Positions 1 to 6,154 of a DNA stretch of 11,361 bases are shown here, in pieces. Position numbers and translations under genes: made by a program. Below the pieces are notes generated by a model. The model saw only the letters and a program-made list of their open reading frames with translations, did not search any database and was not told the DNA's origin. Every line of letters starts with the position of its first letter. Within the stretch, counting starts at the first letter, position 1. Source of the stretch: Myxococcales bacterium (GTDB lineage Bacteria; Desulfobacterota; Binatia; HRBIN30); contig JBBILD010000037.1 in the NCBI GenBank assembly GCA_037445065.1, positions 1-11,361 of the forward strand. The letters run 5' to 3'.

Positions 1-993
1 GCGTTTACGGGTCAGCCACCGAACTGCCAGTTGAGCTTCCAGGTGACGCCGCAACCTGGGGATGCGCTGTCGTGTGTGAAGTACCTGGCGACGCTGCAGG
101 GGCAGACGGTACGGGTGCGGGCGCGGGTACAGACGCCGAGTGGGTTCATCCAGGACGAGCGGGATGTGCTGCTGCTCGACCTGCGGCCCACCGCCACACC
201 GACCTCGACCCGAACGCCGACCAGCACATTTACCCCGACGCCCACCTTCACGCCGACACATACTCCGACCAACACTCTGACTCCGACGCTAACTCCGACT
301 CCGACGCAGACTCCGACCTCAACCTTCACTCCGACACCGACGCCTGCGTTGCCGGTGATCGCGCCGAGCGTCGTGACACTGTACGCGGGTGTGAACGGGA
401 GCCCGAGCTGCGACGGATCCGCCCAGATCCTCACTGTGACCGGCAGCGCGCCACCGTTCACTTTGACCGCTACAGGCAATGCGTGCTTGTCTGCCACGGT
501 CTTGGCGAACTCGGGTGACACGGTCATCGTTCGTGCGGGCGACCAGGTGGGAACGTTCCAGGTGACGGTTACCGACGCCTTGGGCCGCACGGCGAATGCG
601 ACTTTGGTTCAGCAGGCTGTGAACGCTGCCTTCATGGACGTGGATGCGCTACCAAACGTCACGGACAACGGAGATGGGAGCTGCACTTTGGTGGTTGGTG
701 CATTGGTGACGGACTCTCTGGGTCGCGCGGTGGCAGACGGCGTGCCGGTTGCCTTTAGCTTGCAGCCACCGAGTGCGGGCGTGTCCATCACTAGCCCCGG
801 GCTCACGAACCGGGCCGCACCGTGCGACACTGGCACCCTGAACATTACGCCACAACCTGGTGACGCCTTGGCCTGCCTCAAGTACACCGCCTCGAACTCC
901 GGGAACACGGTTACCGTGCGTGCGGAGGTGCGAACCGGCAACGCAAGCACGTTGTCCGACACGCAGTCCATCCTGTTGCCCAATTGTCCCTGA
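1..993 (+). CDS. C-terminal part of a large secreted/surface protein with repeated Cys-containing Ig-like (Big-1/invasin-like) domains and a Thr/Pro-rich linker; 5' end lies outside the window
   Basis: The frame is open from base 1 (AFTGQPPNCQLSFQ...) to TGA at 991-993. It contains the Big-1-like motif 'ALVTDSLGRAVADGVPVAFS' and a duplicated motif TPQPGDAL(S/A)C(V/L)KY...TV(R/T)VRA.V.T. The sequence is rich in Thr, Val and Gly, consistent with beta strands. Confidence 0.8.
   Translation, partial: AFTGQPPNCQLSFQVTPQPGDALSCVKYLATLQGQTVRVRARVQTPSGFIQDERDVLLLDLRPTATPTSTRTPTSTFTPTPTFTPTHTPTNTLTPTLTPTPTQTPTSTFTPTPTPALPVIAPSVVTLYAGVNGSPSCDGSAQILTVTGSAPPFTLTATGNACLSATVLANSGDTVIVRAGDQVGTFQVTVTDALGRTANATLVQQAVNAAFMDVDALPNVTDNGDGSCTLVVGALVTDSLGRAVADGVPVAFSLQPPSAGVSITSPGLTNRAAPCDTGTLNITPQPGDALACLKYTASNSGNTVTVRAEVRTGNASTLSDTQSILLPNCP
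187..345 (+). repeat. Low-complexity Thr/Pro linker (TPTxT repeats)
   Basis: Translates as PTATPTSTRTPTSTFTPTPTFTPTHTPTNTLTPTLTPTPTQTPTSTFTPTPTP, with degenerate ACN-CCG periodicity in the DNA. Confidence 0.9.
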
Positions 994-1012
994 CGGCTAG
1001 CCCATGGGCCGG

Positions 1013-1046
1013 ACGAGGGGTGGCTTCGGCCACCCCTCGTGCTTTT
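1013..1046 (+). terminator. Rho-independent terminator
   Basis: Perfect 12-bp stem ACGAGGGGTGGC (1013-1024) / GCCACCCCTCGT (1029-1040) with a cUUCGg tetraloop, followed by GCTTTT, about 20 nt after the stop codon. Confidence 0.85.
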
Positions 1047-1182
1047 GACATCTTGCCTCTGTCACGCCCCCTGGTAGCCGCGCGGAGCAGTCTCGCAAAC
1101 TGTTCTCAGCGTGCCGGGCGTAGCGCATTCTCAGCCTCGCCCAGGTGGCCAGCAGCCACGGGCCCTGGCCAGTGCCGCTGGC

Positions 1183-2304
1183 TTACGCAGCGACTTCTGG
1201 CCACAGTTTTTTCCCGCGACGCAGTTCGTGGCGGGCGAGGGCGAGTTCGATGAGGGCGCTGACAAGCTCGGGCAAAGCAAGCCCGGAGAGTTCCCAAAGT
1301 CGCGGGTACATGCTGATGGAGGTAAAGCCCGGGATGGTGTTGATCTCGTTTACGAAGAGCGCCCCGGTTTTGCGTTCCAAGAAGAAGTCCACGCGCGCCA
1401 TGCCGTAACACTGTAAGGTGCGAAAGGCTTGCACTGCTAAGTCGCGAACGTGCTCTGCCGTCTCGCGGTCCAGCTCTGCTGGTGCGATGAGTTCCGCGCC
1501 CGCCGGATCCAGGTATTTGGCTGCGTACGAGTAGAAGCCCCCACGGGCCCGGATCTCGCCGGGAGCGGATGCGCGCACCTCGCTGCCTCCCAGCACCGAA
1601 CATTCGATCTCGCGGGCCTCCAGCCCTTGCTCGATTACCACCTTGCTGTCGTAGGCGAGGGCCGCCTCGATGGCGGCTCCGAGTTCGGACAACGCCTCCA
1701 CCTTGCTCACGCCCACCGAGGAGCCGAGCCGGGCGGGTTTCACGAAAAGCGGCAGAGGGAGTGCCCGAGCCCGCTCGAGGACAGAGCGGGCGTCAGCGCG
1801 CCATTCCCATTCGTGGCAAGTCGCAAACGGCACGACCGGGAGACCAGCTTCGCGCAGCAGGCGCTTTTGCACGTCTTTATCCATCCCCAGCGCTGAACCC
1901 AAGACGTCCGCACCCGCGTACGGCACCCCGAGAAGTTCAAGGAGCCCTTGCACCGTGCCGTCTTCCCCGTACGAGCCATGCAGGACGGGGAAAACGACGT
2001 CAATGGGAGGAGTGGCTGGGGAGCCACTGTCCAAATGGTAGAGCCGCGGCGGCTCTCTGCCCGGTACAAAGGCGCATGGTCGTGACACCTCGGGCACGGC
2101 TGGCAGGCGCTCCTGAGTTAGCCGTTCGAAGGCAGATGGCTCGAAGACGTGCCAGGTGCCAGAGCGAGCGATGCCCAGCAACACAGGCTCGAAGCGAGCG
2201 CGGTCGAGCGCGGCGAATACGGTTGCCGCCGAACGGACGGAAATTTCATGCTCGGCTGAGCGGCCGCCAAAAAGGAGCGCCACCACCATTTTGCCTCTGT
2301 TCAT
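1183..2304 (-). CDS. ddl: D-alanine--D-alanine ligase (long, DdlA-type)
   Basis: Motifs ALLFGGRSAEHEISVRSA, VFPVLHGSYGEDGTVQGLLE, MDKDVQK, FVKPARLGSSVGVSKV, REIECSVLG, omega loop FYSYAAKY, GMARVDFF and NEINTIPGFTSISMYP. Likely start is ATG at 2304 (MNRGKM), alternatively 2289; the ORF-track start at 2514 is an over-extension. Confidence 0.97.
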   Translation of the reverse strand: MNRGKMVVALLFGGRSAEHEISVRSAATVFAALDRARFEPVLLGIARSGTWHVFEPSAFERLTQERLPAVPEVSRPCAFVPGREPPRLYHLDSGSPATPPIDVVFPVLHGSYGEDGTVQGLLELLGVPYAGADVLGSALGMDKDVQKRLLREAGLPVVPFATCHEWEWRADARSVLERARALPLPLFVKPARLGSSVGVSKVEALSELGAAIEAALAYDSKVVIEQGLEAREIECSVLGGSEVRASAPGEIRARGGFYSYAAKYLDPAGAELIAPAELDRETAEHVRDLAVQAFRTLQCYGMARVDFFLERKTGALFVNEINTIPGFTSISMYPRLWELSGLALPELVSALIELALARHELRRGKKLWPEVAA

Positions 2305-2431
2305 GGCCGAGCGCCTACCACAATCGAGGCGCTCGCGCATTGGCGAAAGGGACGGTTGCTGCGAACAAAGCACACGCTCCGATGGCGGGCTGCCATTCGC
2401 CAGCGTTTTACAATCGTGGGAACGGAGGGGC

Positions 2432-2471
2432 TTGCAAAAGAGGAAGGGTCCGTGGATATATAGGGTCCACG
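2432..2471 (+). promoter_or_regulatory. Putative sigma70-type promoter for the leader/XRE transcript, overlapped by an inverted repeat
   Basis: TTGCAA at 2432-2437 is followed by the locally AT-rich GATATATA (2455-2462). The inverted repeat CGTGGA-N9-TCCACG (2451-2471) brackets this -10 region. The -10 match is imperfect. Confidence 0.45.
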
Positions 2472-2503
2472 CGAGAAGCGGAGAACAAAGGATAGTCGAG
2501 AAC

Positions 2504-2686
2504 ATGAAGATCAAGGGTCACACAGGCGATCGGTCGCGAGGGGCGCAGAAGGTGCACGCGGTTCGTGTGCCAGTCTTCCAAGTGCTCCGTGGCCGTTTCA
2601 TTGCCAGCGAGTGTACGTGTCCGGTGATGACGTGCACGGACTGGAACGCGGTCGCCGGTGGCCCGCGCGAGGAGGAGGTCCCGTAG
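2504..2686 (+). CDS. Putative leader peptide (uORF), 60 aa
   Basis: ATG 2504 (preceded by AAGGA) to TAG 2686: MKIKGHTGDRSRGAQKVHAVRVPVFQVLRGRFIASECTCPVMTCTDWNAVAGGPREEEVP. It ends 32 nt before a terminator and contains the antiterminator strand. Confidence 0.6.
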   Translation: MKIKGHTGDRSRGAQKVHAVRVPVFQVLRGRFIASECTCPVMTCTDWNAVAGGPREEEVP

Positions 2687-2732
2687 AGATTCTTAGCTAC
2701 TGAACTCGATCCGAAACGCGAAGGGCCACCGG
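2655..2732 (+). promoter_or_regulatory. Antiterminator hairpin of a transcription attenuator
   Basis: CCGGTGGCCC (2655-2664) is the exact reverse complement of GGGCCACCGG (2723-2732) in the 5' arm of the terminator. Nested pairs extend it: CGCG 2666-2669/2717-2720, GGA 2671-2673/TCC 2710-2712, GTAG 2683-2686/CTAC 2697-2700. Confidence 0.75.
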
Positions 2733-2761
2733 AGGCAGTCTCCGGTGGCCCTTTCGTTTTT
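2719..2761 (+). terminator. Intrinsic terminator (attenuator) upstream of the XRE gene
   Basis: Perfect 14-bp stem AAGGGCCACCGGAG (2721-2734) / CTCCGGTGGCCCTT (2740-2753), followed by TCGTTTTT. Confidence 0.9.
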
Positions 2762-2826
2762 GGGCAAAGCCAATGGTTGTTTCAGTGGGCAGACGCAAGA
2801 TCCGTTTGGAGAAAGGAGGAGGAGCT

Positions 2827-3084
2827 ATGGAACGGATCGATCCAAAGGTGTTCGCGGAACGGTTGCGCCAGGTCGTAAACGACGAACCGAAAGCCTTCGC
2901 TTACGACATCGGAATCAGCTTGTCGGCGCTGTATAATTATCTCAATGGTCGTGTCCCGGCGACGGACGTCCTGTTTCGCATCGCTCGGTACACGGGGCGC
3001 CCGATGGAATGGTTTCTCTGCGCCGACGAGGCGCAAGCAATGCAGCCGACGGGTGCGGCAACTCCTCAATCTGTGGCGGCCTAG
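2827..3084 (+). CDS. Small XRE/Cro-C1-type helix-turn-helix transcriptional regulator, 85 aa
   Basis: Strong SD (AAGGAGGAGGAG) before ATG 2827. The sequence FAERLRQVV...KAFAYDIGISLSALYNYLNGRVPATDVLFRIARYTGRPMEWFL matches the HTH_XRE pattern. Confidence 0.9.
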   Translation: MERIDPKVFAERLRQVVNDEPKAFAYDIGISLSALYNYLNGRVPATDVLFRIARYTGRPMEWFLCADEAQAMQPTGAATPQSVAA

Positions 3085-3215
3085 CCTCGCCCAATCAGCC
3101 GTCCGCAGCCGCGTAGAAAGTGTGCACGGCCGAATGCGAGGGTGAGGGAAACATCGGGCGCGCCACGCGAGGTGACGATCATAGTCCGGGCCAACTTGGC
3201 AGGAAGGAAAGGCAA

Positions 3216-3419
3216 ATGGAATCGAGCATACTTTTGAATTCGCTGGTTCCGCCCATCGTTCGCTTTGGTGGGCAGGAACTCTTAGGAATCGCTGCACTGG
3301 TGGCGGCGTTTGTTCCGCTCGCCGTGCTGCTCAAAGCTAGGTGGACGCCCCTCCCGCGCTGCTCCGCGCGAGTCCCCTCCCTCCGCGTAGTCGGAGCAGT
3401 GAAATCGCGTCCCGCCTGA
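3216..3419 (+). CDS. Small single-pass membrane protein, 67 aa
   Basis: Purine-rich SD AGGAAGGAAAGG before ATG 3216. One hydrophobic helix (LLGIAALVAAFVPLAVLL) is followed by a basic tail, and a hairpin lies directly after the stop. Confidence 0.65.
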   Translation: MESSILLNSLVPPIVRFGGQELLGIAALVAAFVPLAVLLKARWTPLPRCSARVPSLRVVGAVKSRPA

Positions 3420-3427
3420 AGCCGAAG

Positions 3428-3460
3428 TTCTGGGGCGGGCCGCCCCGGCCCGCCTCAGAA
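3428..3460. terminator. GC-rich hairpin between convergent genes (probable terminator)
   Basis: TTCTGGGGCGGGCCG (3428-3442) / CGGCCCGCCTCAGAA (3446-3460): 15 bp with one G-U pair. There is no clear U tract, and it overlaps the stop codon of the minus-strand gene. Confidence 0.55.
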
Positions 3461-4156
3461 CCCGGCTCGATAGCGGAACACCCGGCCGCGGCGACTCGTG
3501 CTGGACAGTTCGAGGAACAAGAGCCCCCGCATGACCATGGCGAAGTACACGAAGAGGGGCGTGAGCAGGGCAGGAACGATGCTGGCGACACCCTGCACCG
3601 GTAAGGACGCGATAGCCCAGATCAGTGCTGCGGCCGCGCAATTCGCCGGTAACCATTCGATCCAATTGTTCGCCATGAACTGGTAGCTCTCGCCCAGAAG
3701 GGCCAACGCGTGCGAGCGGCCAATGTAGATCAGCTCCGGCACAGCGTTGAAGAACACAAACGCAGCGAGCAAGAGGCAAAGCCAAATCACCTCCCCCTGT
3801 GGCAACTGGAGTACCGCGGGAGCCAGCAGCAAGGAAGCAAGCCAAGCCACGAAAGACAGGGCCAGCACGTCCCAAAGGTACACGCCAAAGCTACGCTGGA
3901 AATCTGCCCAGTTCACCCGCCCGCTCCGTACCATCGTCTCGATCAAGTACAGGAACGAGCTGGCGCAAGCTGCAAACACCAGGCTGGTGAGAATTCCCGC
4001 GAAGATCCCTAGTGGCCCAGCCAAGAAGGCAGTGAGGCGCAAGAGACCCGAATAGACGAAGGTGGTGAACAACACCGGCCAGTTCCGCAACGCCAAGAGG
4101 GCAGCGCGCGTAAACACGCGCCGATAGAGGTCCCAAGTCACGATCAGCCAGTCCAC
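3455..4156 (-). CDS. Hypothetical multi-pass integral membrane protein (~233 aa)
   Basis: About six hydrophobic segments with typical codon usage. GTG start at 4156 is preceded by GGAG (the ORF track uses TTG 4180). It lies directly downstream of the DMT gene on the same strand. Confidence 0.85.
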   Translation of the reverse strand: MDWLIVTWDLYRRVFTRAALLALRNWPVLFTTFVYSGLLRLTAFLAGPLGIFAGILTSLVFAACASSFLYLIETMVRSGRVNWADFQRSFGVYLWDVLALSFVAWLASLLLAPAVLQLPQGEVIWLCLLLAAFVFFNAVPELIYIGRSHALALLGESYQFMANNWIEWLPANCAAAALIWAIASLPVQGVASIVPALLTPLFVYFAMVMRGLLFLELSSTSRRGRVFRYRAGF

Positions 4157-4204
4157 TGCCGCTCCGCGGTTCGCGCGCAATCTAGTGAAGCGCTGGAGTG
4201 AGCG

Positions 4205-5146
4205 TCAACGGAAGACCTCGTTCGGATTCGGGAGAGGGGCGCTGATGGTTGCCCCGCTGGCCGGGTGGCGTGCGCTTTCACGCGCGATCATGGCGACCCC
4301 GGCAATGACGAGAGCGGTGGCGATCAAACGGGTAGCGGTCAGACTCTCCCCGAGCAGCACGGCCGCAAAGATCAGGTTGAAGACCGGGATCGCACTCAGT
4401 AAAACCGCCAGCACGCTCACCTCGAGACACTGCTGGGCGCGCGCGTAGACACCGTAAACGCCGACCGTGCAGAACAGCACGAGGAGAACGAGGAAGCCCC
4501 AGGCCGGTGCTTGTGACTCCGAGAAGCGCGCGAAGGGGATGGTGAACGGCGCACTGATCCAGAACCCCACGGAAAAAATGCCAGCGAGCCTTTGCCAGAG
4601 GCCGGCGTGTGCGGCCGCGCGCCGCTGGCTCACGGCGTACACCGACCAGGCAACGGCTGCCAGCAGTACGGCTGCGTTTCCCAGCATGTGGTTCGAACGC
4701 CACACTTCGTTCCAGCGAATGCCCTCGCTGGCCACCAGGATGACGCCCGCAAGGGTGAGCGCCGAGCCGATCAGGCGATGAGGCGTGAGGTGTTCGGCGA
4801 GCAGCCAGCGAGCGAGCAGAATCGTGACCACCGGTTCCGCATTGACCAGCAGGCCCGCGACGACCGCCTCTGTGTACTGGATGCCGTAGGTGTACAGCAG
4901 AAAATCCGCTGCTAACGCGGTGCCGCCAATCCAGGTCCACCGATCCCACTGACTCCGAGCCGCTCGACCTTGCGCAAAAACGCGGAACAACAAGGCCGCG
5001 ATTCCGAGCCGCAAGAACACGACGGCCCCGGGGCTGGCGGCAGCAAGCGCCCCTTTGGTCGCGGTCGGGCCGAGACCCCAGAGCGCTGCAGCAACGAATG
5101 CGAGCAGAAAACCCTCGGCACGAGCCGCGTCTGAGAGCCGGTGCAC
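4205..5146 (-). CDS. EamA/DMT (drug/metabolite transporter) family protein
   Basis: Ten predicted TM helices in two repeats, with motifs 'AAALWG', 'FLRLGIA', 'LLVNAEPVVTILLARWLLAEHLT...GVILV' and 'IPVFNLIFAAVLLGESLT...GVAMI'. Confidence 0.93.
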   Translation of the reverse strand: MHRLSDAARAEGFLLAFVAAALWGLGPTATKGALAAASPGAVVFLRLGIAALLFRVFAQGRAARSQWDRWTWIGGTALAADFLLYTYGIQYTEAVVAGLLVNAEPVVTILLARWLLAEHLTPHRLIGSALTLAGVILVASEGIRWNEVWRSNHMLGNAAVLLAAVAWSVYAVSQRRAAAHAGLWQRLAGIFSVGFWISAPFTIPFARFSESQAPAWGFLVLLVLFCTVGVYGVYARAQQCLEVSVLAVLLSAIPVFNLIFAAVLLGESLTATRLIATALVIAGVAMIARESARHPASGATISAPLPNPNEVFR

Positions 5147-5490
5147 GCCCCGGCCTCAAGCAGTCCGTGGCGCCGAGTACCAGGGGCCTGCGCGCAATGA
5201 GCCGTAGGGGTGTTACAGGCGGACAAGGAAAAAATCCTGCGCCGGCGCATCTCGACAATGCTTGTTACTGGAGGGAGGGCCGGCTGTGGGTGGTCGTTCG
5301 TTGGTTCTTTGGTGCCCTTGGGAGGAGCGGGGCTGTTTTCTGCTCGGCCCGTGGTAAAGCGGCCGCGGGCTGCTGCTCGGGTACGCGGGAAGCGAGGCAA
5401 TCGGTTGTGCCAGGAATGGTTACGGGCAGCCTGTGAGAAGCAAGGTGGCCAAAGGGCCTGATACCGCTTCGTTGGGCGTCCCGAGTAGGA

Positions 5491-5682
5491 TCAGGGTAAC
5501 GTTTGTGCGGCACCAGGGGTTGCTGACCAGGTAACCACAAGAGCCGAAGATTGAGGACCGAGAAAGGTACCGTTGCCCACCTCGAGCGCTCTTGTCAGCT
5601 CGTTCGTGCAGCCCCGGGCCATGGTGGTCTCAGTGGCAACATCGCTCTCGACGTCGGCAATCGCCGGCGCGACCAGATTGGG
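5491..5682 (-). pseudogene. Highly degenerate FG-GAP repeat gene relic
   Basis: PNLVAPAIADVESDVATETTMARGCTNELTRALEVGNGTFLGPQSSA has the spacing of an FG-GAP blade (AIADVxxD...GNGTF..PQS). It ends in AAQTL, as does the neighbouring FG-GAP gene. Confidence 0.45.
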
Positions 5683-5954
5683 TGAGTTGGCTGCTGGAGT
5701 TGGAGAAAGCCGAAGAAGAGGTTGCAACGCTTGCGCTTGTTGGGCAAAGACGCACACCCGTTAGGGCTGGAAACGGTCCGCATCTCTGCCCAGGTCCGCG
5801 TCACCGACGCCCACAGCAAGATGGGTAGTCCCTTCAACTTAGGCCCTCCTGCGGTGCGCGCTGCCAACAGCGGTCCGCTTGCTGCGAACAGCGGAAGGGC
5901 GGTCTGGGGTTGGCCCGGTACCCAGGGGCAAATCGCGCTCGCCTCTGTTCACAA

Positions 5955-6032
5955 CGGAGAGCCTCGGTCGTCCCTCGGGGTCAAGGTCGGCGGTCTTAAA
6001 GACCCCGGGAAGGCCGAGGCGCGGCGTCTCCG
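5955..6032 (+). other. Long imperfect rod-like hairpin in intergenic DNA (candidate structured RNA)
   Basis: Nested stems: CGGAGA/TCTCCG, GCCTCGGTC/GGCCGAGGC, TCCC/GGGA, GGGGTC/GACCCC and AAGGTC/GGTCTT. Confidence 0.45.
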
Positions 6033-6154
6033 CGCGGCAACACCAACCGAACGCCCGGAGGGTCGTCGCGCAGTGTCAAAAGCGCCACTCGCTCCAGTGC
6101 CTGCGAGGCGCAGGCCGCACGCGTGCGCCGGACCGCTCCCCGATCGTAAGGAGT

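Noticed and set aside
187..345. CRISPR array or non-coding tandem repeat
   Set aside because: The periodicity comes from Thr/Pro codons inside an ORF; there are no identical repeats with unique spacers.
1183..2304. Van-type D-Ala-D-Lac/D-Ser ligase
   Set aside because: The omega loop FYSYAAKY is the D-Ala-D-Ala type, and no vanH/vanX/vanRS genes are adjacent.
2356..2367. 12-mer TTGCTGCGAACA recurring at 5879-5890
   Set aside because: A few 12-nt matches are expected by chance in 11 kb, and nothing else supports it.
1569..2495. Long antisense/alternative-frame ORFs (also 12..590, 4278..5258, 6495..7028, 9750..10394)
   Set aside because: These are shadows of real genes in GC-rich DNA, with Arg/Pro/Ser-rich translations and no motifs.
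2305..2514. 70-aa N-terminal extension of Ddl in the ORF track
   Set aside because: Ddl homology begins at MNRGKMVVALLFGG. The extension is not protein-like and overlaps the divergent promoter and leader.
2470..2761. T-box riboswitch as explanation of the attenuator
   Set aside because: The T-box consensus (AAnnnGGGTGGnACCrCG) and stem I motifs are absent; GGTGGCCCGCG is only a partial resemblance. The downstream gene is not amino-acid related.
2762..2805. c-di-GMP-I (GEMM) riboswitch-like words GGGCAAA...GACGCAA
   Set aside because: There is no GNRA tetraloop in the first hairpin and no second stem with a tetraloop receptor before the SD.
2827..3084. Prophage repressor or toxin-antitoxin antitoxin
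   Set aside because: No integrase, phage genes, S24 peptidase domain or recognisable toxin lies nearby; the flanks are chromosomal genes.
5147..5490. Short ORFs or a riboswitch upstream of the DMT gene
   Set aside because: No protein-like translation and no recognisable riboswitch consensus.
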